From the NCBI GenBank assembly GCA_964469715.1, contig CAYYCB010000001.1, positions 21,777 to 68,766 on the forward strand: DNA of 46,990 nt, in the 5' to 3' direction. The stretch's first letter is position 1, and every line of letters starts with the position of its first letter. The DNA comes from an uncultured Ktedonobacterales bacterium. GTDB taxonomy: Bacteria > Chloroflexota > Ktedonobacteria > Ktedonobacterales > JADMIN01. Under the pieces are notes generated by a model. The model made no database searches, was not told the DNA's origin, and saw nothing but the letters and a program-made list of their open reading frames with translations. Position numbers and translations under genes: made by a program. This document shows, in pieces, positions 35,081-43,561 of this stretch.

Positions 35081-37342
35081 ATGGGCACTCTGCTCGACAC
35101 CGATGCATCGGCGAGCCTCGCGGCCGCCCTGCTCGCGATATCTGCCTGCCTGCTCATTCTGAAACCGCGTCTGGCGCTGGCCCGCGCCAATGCATGGCTA
35201 GTCGTTGTCGGGCTCGTCGTCGGCGCAACCTCAAGTCATCTGGCGGCAAATGGCGATTCCGATCAGGCATGGTGGCTGGCTGTGCTCGGTCTTCTCCCAG
35301 GGGCTGTCGCCTTCTTCTGCCAGCAGAGCGTCCTGACCAACGCGGCCCAGTCCGCTTCGAACCAATACAGGATACCGAAATCTCTTCTCCGGCTTGCAAG
35401 CCGAGCAGGGCTAGCAACTTCAGGTGTCACGCTCGCCGCGCATGGGGTTCCACTCGTGGAGGACGTGAGCCGCTTCGTATTGGCAATCTTGCTCGTGACG
35501 TCGTGCGCGATACCCTGTTGGATGCTTGCGCACGCGGCCAGTCTCTCCCGTTCACCTCGCGACAGGGCTCGCCAGTCGGCGCTGTTCGCCGGTTTCGCCC
35601 TTGCTATCGGACCATTGGCTCTATTCTGCGCTGTTCCCGTCTTGATCTTTCACTCTCTGCTCATGCCGCCATCGGTCGCCTTGGGCTGCATGTTTTGCCT
35701 TCCGCTCTCTTCAGCATTTGCCGCTGTGCCCCTTCGCGCAGGAAGCCTCACATCATTGGCCGACCGGCTGAGCGTGTATGCGCTCCTGACCATTGCGCTT
35801 GTGCTCGCCTACATGGTGATAGCCTACGGACTTCAGCGCGCCGTGGCGTACCATGCCGACCTGCTCAGCCAACTCACGATGTTGAGCTTCGCCGCGCTCG
35901 CCGCCGTGACCTATGCGCCTCTCCGCCGAGGGCTTCAACAAGTGGTCGATAAGGCGCTGTATCGAGATCATTACGACTACGGCGAGACCCTGCGGCGATT
36001 CAGTCAAGAGATGGCTGCCCTACGCTCCCGCGATGAGCTGCTCACCGCGCTGATCGACAACGTCATCTCGACACTCAACCTCTCGTACGCGGCAGCCATT
36101 GGGCTTCCTGAGGGCCTGGATAGGCGCGTGCTCGCCCTCGTGGAAGAGGCGGACTTGATGGTGCGCGGGGCAGATGACGACACGAACAAGCGCGCCCAGA
36201 TTGTCAGCTCGCTCGCCAACCTCGATCTGGCGCGACATGCCCTCTCAGGTGAACGCCCGGTATTGCTCGATCCGTGGGCAGACTGCGCGGCGCTTGTGCT
36301 CATCGGAGCGGAAAACGCGGGCCATGGCGGCGCCCTCTTGATTCTAGGCCCCAAAAAGACTCGCGCAGCCCTGCGCGGCGCCGACTGCGAGCTCCTCGCC
36401 ACCTTGTCCCATCAGGCCACGACGGCACTCTCCAACGCCGCCTTGGTCGAAGGGCTCCGCACATCCCTCGCGCAGGTTCAGATCTCCACTACTCAACTTG
36501 TGGCAGCCCGCGCGGAGCAGCAACTCCTGGTGCGCCAACTGGTGGACTCCGAGGAAAGGCAGCGTGCCGCCCTTGCCCATGACCTCCATGACGATGCGCT
36601 CCAAGAGGTTCTATACCTTGTCCGTCATTCGAGACTCGCCGCGAACTTGGCAGCGGGCCTCGTCACCTCACACGACGAAGAACAGCTTGCAGATACCCTT
36701 ATGAACGAAGGCGGAAAGCCCGCTTCCCAGGGTCGAACACGTTCCCACCGCCTGCAACAGGAGCTCTCATACCTGGCGGAACGGGCAACCGTGGCGGAGC
36801 TACGCCTTCGCTCGCTCTGTCTGGGCCTCTATCCCGCGCTATTGACCTCGGTTGGGCTGATCGGCGCAGCGGAAGAGTTAGCCCAAGAGCTCTCGGCTAC
36901 CGAAGACCTGGATGTGACGGTGACATCCGACGACAGCGCGCGCAACCTGGCGGAACATCTCGATCTTGAGACCTCACTACACATCTATCGCGTCGTACAA
37001 GAGGCACTGCGCAACGCCGCTAAGCATGCCGGTGGGTCGGCCGCATGGCTGCGCTTCAGTGGTGACTCCGAGAGCGGTGGCCAGACCTCAGGTGACACGA
37101 ACGATGGTTCTCGCATCGTCCGTCACCTGAAGGTGGATGTCGAAGATAATGGCATCGGAATGACGGCCTCGATTGATTATGCCGCACTCTTGCGCGACGG
37201 ACACCTCGGCCTCGCCGGTATGCGCCAGCGAGCGGAGCGCATCGGCGCCGCACTCACCATTCAAATGGGCGTCGTCAGCGGCACACGGGTCTCCCTCAGA
37301 CTCCCTGTCGCCCAAACCTCTCCCACAAGGGTGCAACGATGA
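35081..37342 (+). CDS. Polytopic membrane sensor histidine kinase (multi-TM + GAF-like + HisKA_3 + HATPase_c)
   Basis: ORF 34961..37342; ATG 35081 starts the hydrophobic region. About 6-8 TM helices. GAF-like segment RDELLTALIDNVISTLNLSYAAAIG. H-box RAALAHDLHDDALQEV, N-box VVQEALRNAAKHAG, DNGIGM, LGLAGMRQRAE. Confidence 0.8.
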   Translation: MGTLLDTDASASLAAALLAISACLLILKPRLALARANAWLVVVGLVVGATSSHLAANGDSDQAWWLAVLGLLPGAVAFFCQQSVLTNAAQSASNQYRIPKSLLRLASRAGLATSGVTLAAHGVPLVEDVSRFVLAILLVTSCAIPCWMLAHAASLSRSPRDRARQSALFAGFALAIGPLALFCAVPVLIFHSLLMPPSVALGCMFCLPLSSAFAAVPLRAGSLTSLADRLSVYALLTIALVLAYMVIAYGLQRAVAYHADLLSQLTMLSFAALAAVTYAPLRRGLQQVVDKALYRDHYDYGETLRRFSQEMAALRSRDELLTALIDNVISTLNLSYAAAIGLPEGLDRRVLALVEEADLMVRGADDDTNKRAQIVSSLANLDLARHALSGERPVLLDPWADCAALVLIGAENAGHGGALLILGPKKTRAALRGADCELLATLSHQATTALSNAALVEGLRTSLAQVQISTTQLVAARAEQQLLVRQLVDSEERQRAALAHDLHDDALQEVLYLVRHSRLAANLAAGLVTSHDEEQLADTLMNEGGKPASQGRTRSHRLQQELSYLAERATVAELRLRSLCLGLYPALLTSVGLIGAAEELAQELSATEDLDVTVTSDDSARNLAEHLDLETSLHIYRVVQEALRNAAKHAGGSAAWLRFSGDSESGGQTSGDTNDGSRIVRHLKVDVEDNGIGMTASIDYAALLRDGHLGLAGMRQRAERIGAALTIQMGVVSGTRVSLRLPVAQTSPTRVQR

Positions 37343-38004
37343 TGTCAAGTCCAATCCTCTCAGGCGGTCCGCTGCGTATCGTTCTCGTGGATGACCATAC
37401 CTTCATGCGTGCTGGCACGCGGCGCATCCTTGAAGATGAGCCTGATTTCCAGATCGTGGGTGAGGCTGGGACCGGCTCCGACGCCCTTAGATTGGCGGAT
37501 GAGTTGGAGCCTGATATCGTCATATTAGACATTGGTCTCCCCGATATGGATGGCATCCACGTGTGTAGTGCGGTACGGCGCCAGCGTCCTAGCCAGCGCA
37601 TCGTCGTGTTGACGGGGCATGCTGGCGAAGCCTTAATCCGCACGCTTTGCTCAATGGGTGTGGAAGGCTACTTTCTTAAGTCCGCGGGGCCGCAGGAGCT
37701 GGTAGAAGGCATCCGCGCCGTCGGCAGGGGCGGCCGGGCGTACTGCGCGGAGGCACGGCATGCTATCGCGGACCGGGGAACTGAAGCAGTGGAACGGCCA
37801 ACCCGCAAGGAGCTAGCGGTGGTCCGTGCGTTGGCCCTCGGCCTCCGCAATCGTGACGTCGCGAGCCAGCTTCAGATGAGCGTCCATACCGTTGAGTTCC
37901 ACATTCGCAACGTCTTCACCAAACTTGGCGTTTCGACGAGGACCGAGGTTATCACGCGCGCCAGACAGCTCGGATGGCTCGACACGCAGGACCCACTATG
38001 TTAG
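37339..38004 (+). CDS. NarL/LuxR-family response regulator
   Basis: ATG 37339 overlaps the kinase stop (ATGA). LRIVLVDDH...DIVILDIGLPDMDG. HTH LTRKELAVVRALALGLRNRDVASQLQMSVHTVEFHIRNVFTKLGV. Confidence 0.85.
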   Translation: MMSSPILSGGPLRIVLVDDHTFMRAGTRRILEDEPDFQIVGEAGTGSDALRLADELEPDIVILDIGLPDMDGIHVCSAVRRQRPSQRIVVLTGHAGEALIRTLCSMGVEGYFLKSAGPQELVEGIRAVGRGGRAYCAEARHAIADRGTEAVERPTRKELAVVRALALGLRNRDVASQLQMSVHTVEFHIRNVFTKLGVSTRTEVITRARQLGWLDTQDPLC

Positions 38005-38085
38005 AATGGCGCCACTCACGGCTAACCGCCATTGACTCGACGGCTCCCCGCATTCCCGGCAACACTCCAGCCGCGGGAGGTTCCC

Positions 38086-38544
38086 ATGCCCAACTGGCAA
38101 GCGGAGCTCGAACAACTCCTCGCGTCCCTAAACGTCAACATAGATCGCGGCATGGCTACGCATTCGATGCGTCACAGCCCACTGATCAACAGTGGCTCAA
38201 GCGCATTTGACGATTTCGACCCGTCACTCGTGCCAGATCCTGCTATCGGCCGCGAGGATGCCGCACCTGATGGCGACGAAGTAGCGGCTGTGCGCAACGA
38301 GATCGAGGCAACAGTCCGCCGTGTCGTCGCTATGACCGAGTCCGGCCTCCTCGAGGCCAGCGTGCGCGACGATGTGCTCTTCGTACTGCAGGCGCTTACC
38401 CGTCCACAACCCCACCATCGGCGCCGTCAACTCTCACCCGCGGACTCGTCCGGAGAGTGGCAGCTCACCTCCGCCGCCGCCGTCCTCCACTTCTGTCGCA
38501 TCGTCCTCCGCCTCACGCAGGCGATAGAGTCGCAAGAGCGCTAG
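38086..38544 (+). CDS. Hypothetical protein downstream of the two-component pair
   Basis: ORF 38032..38544. ATG 38086 after GGGAGG. Acidic, predicted helical, with no motif I recognise. Same strand, 81 nt after the regulator. Confidence 0.5.
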   Translation: MPNWQAELEQLLASLNVNIDRGMATHSMRHSPLINSGSSAFDDFDPSLVPDPAIGREDAAPDGDEVAAVRNEIEATVRRVVAMTESGLLEASVRDDVLFVLQALTRPQPHHRRRQLSPADSSGEWQLTSAAAVLHFCRIVLRLTQAIESQER

Positions 38545-38589
38545 CGCGCAGTGAAGAACACGTCGGCTCTCTGAAGACACCCGAAACAC

Positions 38590-40059
38590 TTATCTGACAA
38601 GACCGTCGCTGCCTATTGCGGTCCGCAAGGCTTCCAGCAATAGCGTATCGTCATGGGGCTCGACGGTGCGCGGATCGAGCAAGAGCAGCCCCCGCGAAAC
38701 GCGCCCGACAATAGGGGGTTCACCCTCGCGCAGCTTCTCTGCAAGGGCGGCGACATCAATCTGGTCGTGCTCATCCTCATCACGGCGATGACGGGTCTTC
38801 CCCTCGTTGCTGGAGCCTAACGCGCATAACACGGTCGGTAAGGTCTCCCCAGGTAGCGAGCCACCACCAACAGTAGAGTCACCAGGACGCGTCTCCACCG
38901 GAACGCCCCACGTCCTGATAGTCGCCGCCCAATTCTCGGCGCGCTCACGCAGCTCATCAATCGTCGCAGCCATCATGCGCCAGACCGGAACATCGGGCGA
39001 CATCGGAGCCTCGGCATAGGCCCGTAACGTTGCTTCAAGCGCCGCTAGAGACAGTTTGTCAATCCTCATGGCTCGCATCAGCGGGTGCCGCGCAATTCGC
39101 TCCAGCAGCGCCGACCGGCCCACGATGACGCCCGCCTGGGGACCACCCAGGAGCTTGTCCCCAGAGAAGCAAACGACGTCAGCCCCCGCGGCCACACTTT
39201 CCACCGGACGCGGCTCATGCGCGAGGCCAAGCCGCTCAACAGGAACCAGACTCCCGCTGCCCACGTCGTGAACGAGCGGAAGCCCCTTCTCGTGTGCCAG
39301 CTCTGCCAGCTCGCGAAGCTCAGGCGCCTCTGTAAAGCCGACGATCCGAAAGTTGCTCGGATGTACAGCTAGAAGGAGGGCCGTTTGATCGGTGATGGCC
39401 TCCCTATAATCGGCGAGACGCGTCCGATTGGTCGTGCCCACCTCGATAAGCCGGGCCCCGCTCTGCCGTAGCACGTCGGGGATACGAAAGCCGCCGCCGA
39501 TCTCGACTAATTCGCCACGAGAGATGATCACGTCACGTCCCACGGCGAGGGCGGCGAGGGTCACAAGGACGGCTGCGGCGTTATTGTTGACCACCAGGGC
39601 ATCTTCTGCGTTGGTCAACTCACACAAGAGGCCGCGCATATGCGCCTGGCGCGACCCACGCTCGCCAGTGTGGAGGTCGAATTCGAGATTGCTGTACCCA
39701 TGTGCCACGTCGGCGACAGCGCGAAGTGCATCATCCGAAAGAGGAGCTCGCCCAAGGTTCGTATTGACGATCACGCCCGTAGCGTTTATCACCCGCCGCA
39801 GCGACGGCAGGGATCTCGCGCGCAGCAACACCGCCATACGTTCTGCGAGTGCCTCGCGTGAAGGTGACGATTCACCTCGCTCAATCGCGCTTCGCGCCTC
39901 ACCAATCACCGCACGTGCGACGCGCACAATCGTATGACGATCTCCGCCATTATTGGCTGCCGCCGGAGCCACCATGCGCACGAGCGCATCAACTGAGGGC
40001 AAGCTCCGCATCTCACGCAGCGGCCGCGACGCCTGGCGCTCAGCCTCCTCAGCGTCCAT
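38590..40059 (-). CDS. selA: L-seryl-tRNA(Sec) selenium transferase
   Basis: LPSVDALV, VINATGVIVNTNLGRAPL, and the PLP-lysine motif VVCFSGDKLLGGPQAGVIVG. Length is typical of SelA. Confidence 0.85.
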   Translation of the reverse strand: MDAEEAERQASRPLREMRSLPSVDALVRMVAPAAANNGGDRHTIVRVARAVIGEARSAIERGESSPSREALAERMAVLLRARSLPSLRRVINATGVIVNTNLGRAPLSDDALRAVADVAHGYSNLEFDLHTGERGSRQAHMRGLLCELTNAEDALVVNNNAAAVLVTLAALAVGRDVIISRGELVEIGGGFRIPDVLRQSGARLIEVGTTNRTRLADYREAITDQTALLLAVHPSNFRIVGFTEAPELRELAELAHEKGLPLVHDVGSGSLVPVERLGLAHEPRPVESVAAGADVVCFSGDKLLGGPQAGVIVGRSALLERIARHPLMRAMRIDKLSLAALEATLRAYAEAPMSPDVPVWRMMAATIDELRERAENWAATIRTWGVPVETRPGDSTVGGGSLPGETLPTVLCALGSSNEGKTRHRRDEDEHDQIDVAALAEKLREGEPPIVGRVSRGLLLLDPRTVEPHDDTLLLEALRTAIGSDGLVR

Positions 40060-40526
40060 TACTCGCCTCGCTTGCCCTCGTGTAGCTCGTAAAATGTGGT
40101 AATGCAGACGGCATCTGCAAGCTTGGCCATGACCGCCGCAAGGTCGGCATGATTGACCCGACAGATGAAATGCTGATCGGGCAGCGCGCTGCGGAGCACG
40201 GGATACGCCAGCTCGGTCTTCACCAGGCTATCGCCGTCGAGCTTCGGATAATCGGCCCTGAGGAGCAAGTGATGATATGGCCTCACCTTGCCCTTGTAAC
40301 TCGTAAGCGGCAAAACGTTGAGCGCCCCGGCATACTTGCAGAACGCCGTGCTCGAAATCACGAGAGCCGGGTGCCAATCCAGTATCCTGCGCTCTTCGAC
40401 ACCGGCAGGAAGCGAGGGATACGCGAAGTTGACCCAATAGAGACAGCCAAATTCCACAGGATGCCTGAAGGTCGCCTCATCTGGTCCAAGCTCAGGATGT
40501 GGCATCCTCGGACGTCTTCCCCTCAT
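40059..40526 (-). CDS. MazF/PemK-fold (CcdB/MazF superfamily) protein, putative toxin-like
   Basis: ORF 40059..40592; start ATG 40526 or 40505. The pattern GCLYWVNFAYP...DWHPALVISS...ALNVLPLTSYKG...YHHLLL...GDSLVKTELAYPV...RVNHADLAAVMAKL matches the MazF strand order (GDLIWVDF...RPAVVLS...VPCTT...DGVALADQVKSI...). Its stop overlaps the selA start codon. Confidence 0.6.
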   Translation of the reverse strand: MRGRRPRMPHPELGPDEATFRHPVEFGCLYWVNFAYPSLPAGVEERRILDWHPALVISSTAFCKYAGALNVLPLTSYKGKVRPYHHLLLRADYPKLDGDSLVKTELAYPVLRSALPDQHFICRVNHADLAAVMAKLADAVCITTFYELHEGKRGE

Positions 40527-40614
40527 GACAGCGCGCAAACGCTGACGGCAACTGGAAGTGGCGTCGCCAACCAGCAGCCTGCTTTGAGACAACCGCCGTC
40601 TCGGGCGAAAGACG

Positions 40615-40824
40615 CTAGTTCAGCGCCGGCTCGTCATCGAGACGCAGCGCCTCAAATATCATGCCTCGTGCGAGGCGAACCAGTTCGAGTCGCTCATCGC
40701 GCTCGCTTGGCGTCTCTTCCAGGAGGGCATGCGCCACCGCTGCCTCATATGCCGCGCGGCGCTCGTCGATCGCCGGCTGGCGGTCGAGCGTCGTGTCCGC
40801 TGTCATCGTGCCCTCACAGTCCAC
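40615..40824 (-). CDS. Small acidic helical ORF upstream of the MazF-like gene (candidate antitoxin)
   Basis: 69 aa from GTG 40824, or 63 aa from ATG 40806 after GAGGG. It sits 5' of the toxin-like gene as in antitoxin-toxin operons. It has no AbrB, RHH or XRE signature I can recognise. Confidence 0.35.
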   Translation of the reverse strand: MDCEGTMTADTTLDRQPAIDERRAAYEAAVAHALLEETPSERDERLELVRLARGMIFEALRLDDEPALN

Positions 40825-41114
40825 ACCGTGCCCATCGGCGCGGTAATTTGGTCAGTTCGGTCGGGCCGACGAGCGCCACGAACAGCGCGGCAAATTCGTC
40901 TCCCAGCGGGCGATAGGGCTCTCTCAGGCCGCTCCTTCATGATTCCCACGAAGCGGCCGCGCTGGTGTCTGCATTATACCAGCCGTCGCCTGGCGACTCA
41001 AGCGCGCTACCTACGCTGCCCAGCCGGGGCATGCCGCTTGCCAAAAGTGCGGAAAGAAAGACCTGAGAGAATACTGCTCTCGGCCCGCGGATACACGTCC
41101 GCAAGGAGGTCACT

Positions 41115-42089
41115 ATGGCGCATGCGGAGATTCGCGTGGGCACCGCGAGCTGGTCCGATCACGATCCGTTCTACCCGCCGGAATATGACAAGGCCAACAT
41201 GAAAGCGCAGCGTATCGCTTTCTATGCGCGTTACTTCTCGCTTGTGGAAGTGGACGCCACCTTCTATCATCTCATGCCACAGCGCAACTTCGCGCAATGG
41301 GCCGAGCGCACGCCATCGCGATTTATATTCGACGTGAAGGCGTATGGCGAGCTCACATGGCACCATCGCGACGAGCAGGGATCGCCCATCACGCCATCGG
41401 CCGAAACGTTCGCCCGATTCGCCGAGATGATCCAGCCGCTACGCGAAGCGGGCAAGCTTGGCGCACTCCTGTTTCAGTTCCCGCCCTGGTTCACCTTCGA
41501 TGCAGAGCGACTGGACTATTTCGCCACGGTGCGGGAGCTTCTTCCCGCGGATACTATCGCCGTGGAGTTCCGCCATCGCTCATGGCTCGAAGGCCCCCAT
41601 CTCGACGAGACCAGAGCCGCGCTCATGGATAACCGGCTCGCCTACTGCGCGGTTGATGAACCGCAAATCGGGTCTGGATCGGTCCCACCGGCCTTTCTCG
41701 TCACCGATCCAACCTTCGCCATGGTGCGCTTCCATGGCCGCAATCGGCGCATGTGGTACGGCCGCAATCTCACCTCGAGCCGCGACCGGTTCGACTATCT
41801 CTACTCGCGCCACGAGCTGCGGCCCTGGGCCGCGCGCATCAGCGAAGTTGCCGAACAGCTCGATCTGGGTGGCGCGGTCCACGTTGTCACGAACAACAAT
41901 GCCCGCAACTACGGCATTCTGAACGCGCTTGACCTTCAATTGCTGTTAGAGCAACCCGTTGGCCAAGACCAGCCATTCCCGGCAGCCCTCGCGCAAGATT
42001 GGAAGACACATAACGAAGCAGAGGACGCCGAGTTCATTTCACCCGATCTTGACCAAGGCGCACCGGAGGAGGGTCCAAATATCCGCTAA
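41115..42089 (+). CDS. DUF72 (YecE-like) family protein
   Basis: RBS AAGGAGG. IRVGTASWSD...FYARYFSLVEVDATFYHLMPQRNFAQWAERTPSRFIFDVKAY...LLFQFPPWF...VEFRHRSW...FAMVRFHGRN. Confidence 0.8.
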   Translation: MAHAEIRVGTASWSDHDPFYPPEYDKANMKAQRIAFYARYFSLVEVDATFYHLMPQRNFAQWAERTPSRFIFDVKAYGELTWHHRDEQGSPITPSAETFARFAEMIQPLREAGKLGALLFQFPPWFTFDAERLDYFATVRELLPADTIAVEFRHRSWLEGPHLDETRAALMDNRLAYCAVDEPQIGSGSVPPAFLVTDPTFAMVRFHGRNRRMWYGRNLTSSRDRFDYLYSRHELRPWAARISEVAEQLDLGGAVHVVTNNNARNYGILNALDLQLLLEQPVGQDQPFPAALAQDWKTHNEAEDAEFISPDLDQGAPEEGPNIR

Positions 42090-43333
42090 CTGCCGAGATG
42101 GCTCCGATGATAGAGCAAATACAGCATCATGGCCTGGCGGAAGTCCTCCACGGTCGCCACTCCCACGTCGATGACCTTGTCGGTCACGGCAAGGATTCCC
42201 TCTGCCAGGCGCAGGTCGGCCTCGTCTACGAAGCCAGAGCGCCGCAACGCATCCAATTGGCTGACCGCATCATCGCCCCTCGCATGGACTCCATAGCCAC
42301 GCGCAGCTCTCCTGACATAGGCCTCAAGTTGGTAGCGCAATTGGTAAAAGATTTGCACGTCGGGACCTGCTGGGACAGGCTCCGCACTGTTCCTCGTCGC
42401 AGCAGCATGTGACGCCTGCACGCCGGCCATCGGGCGTACAGCGGCATCCGGTGGCGCATGCCGAGACGGCGCCTGAGGCGGTGCGGGCCGGACAGCCGTG
42501 GCGGCGCTGTCCGGATGCATATCGCGCAAATAGTCGCCGTAGAGTTGGTAGAGATCGTCGGGCAGCGAGGGCGCCGTATTCGTTTGCCTGTCGCCGGCGA
42601 CAGGCAGTGGGCCCGTCGGCCTCTCGCTGATCGGCCTCGCAGCCGCGAACAAGCCGGACTGAGCGCCCGCGCCAAGATATTCATACGGAGAGTTCCCGTC
42701 AGTGCGCTCCTGCCAAGTCCGCACTGGGATCGTCTCATCCGTCGTCTCTCGCCATCTCTCCGCCGCTCCGCCTTGAATGACGCTCGAACCCTGTTGTCGC
42801 GAGGCATTGTTGGCCAACATCGGGGGGACGTCGGCCCCTTCACCGCGTGTCAGGATTGCTTCTAGTATCCGGGCATTACGCTCCGCGGCATCGCCTTGAC
42901 CGTTCACAGGCCGAACCGGCAGCCACGAGGTAGGTGGGCCATCAGCAGCAGACGGGTGCGGATTTCCGAGTAGCGAGCGATGGACTTCCGCCGCAATCTT
43001 CGGGACACGAGAGCGAAGGGCAGCGGTACGCCGCGCAGAAGCAGCGCCTCGAAGCAGAGGATTCACTTCGAGATAGCGCAGCATCAGACGCTCCAGAAAG
43101 CGCCTCACGTCTGGCGAGTTGACATCCGAAGCATCGAGCGAGGAGAAGTTGGCCGACCGCACAAACTGCTGCAACTCTTCGCGCTTGGCTCGGTCCAGCG
43201 GTCGCACGGTTTCGCGACCCGCACGGTAATCGTAGAACGGCGGATATGCCAATCGAGCGCCGAGTACCTCGGCGATCACCGCGCGCCAACGCTCGACCTG
43301 CCGCGGATCCAGGTCGCCCACACGAGGCCCCAT
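42086..43333 (-). CDS. Hypothetical protein with a structured N-terminal part, a long Pro/Ala/Gly-rich middle and a helical C-terminal domain
   Basis: ORF 42086..43438 (GTG). ATG 43333 follows GGGGGAG; ATG 43381 is an alternative. The frame stays open across 1.3 kb in a GC-rich background. No motif recognised. Its stop overlaps the DUF72 stop (CTAA). Confidence 0.5.
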   Translation of the reverse strand: MGPRVGDLDPRQVERWRAVIAEVLGARLAYPPFYDYRAGRETVRPLDRAKREELQQFVRSANFSSLDASDVNSPDVRRFLERLMLRYLEVNPLLRGAASARRTAALRSRVPKIAAEVHRSLLGNPHPSAADGPPTSWLPVRPVNGQGDAAERNARILEAILTRGEGADVPPMLANNASRQQGSSVIQGGAAERWRETTDETIPVRTWQERTDGNSPYEYLGAGAQSGLFAAARPISERPTGPLPVAGDRQTNTAPSLPDDLYQLYGDYLRDMHPDSAATAVRPAPPQAPSRHAPPDAAVRPMAGVQASHAAATRNSAEPVPAGPDVQIFYQLRYQLEAYVRRAARGYGVHARGDDAVSQLDALRRSGFVDEADLRLAEGILAVTDKVIDVGVATVEDFRQAMMLYLLYHRSHLGS

Positions 43334-43561
43334 CGCGTTCGATCTCCCCCAGTCCACCTCGCCGCTTGCCGTGCGCCGCATCGAGCGGTCCCCACCGCGC
43401 CCATCGGCAAGTGCCCGCGACCGCGCCCAGTCTATCACGCCTCATACGCAACCAGAAAGGCGACCAGTACACACGCCTATGTGGCGGACCACACCGCTGC
43501 TGACGTGCTATACTCCACCCGAATAGCGGGTCTGGCCGGGCGGTGTCTGGTGAGGTTGGGA

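Noticed and set aside
40825-41114. Looked for tRNA-Sec (selC) or another tRNA near selA
   Set aside because: No GGTTCGA-type T-arm, acceptor-stem pairing or cloverleaf could be found here or in other intergenic regions. The ORFs listed across this gap are short and compositionally shadow-like.
42980-43561. 5' 194 codons of the 577-aa + strand ORF
   Set aside because: The GT4 homology begins only at ATG 43562 (MRIALDY...). The upstream part is Arg/His/Pro-rich, overlaps the - strand hypothetical gene, and crosses what should be a divergent promoter region.
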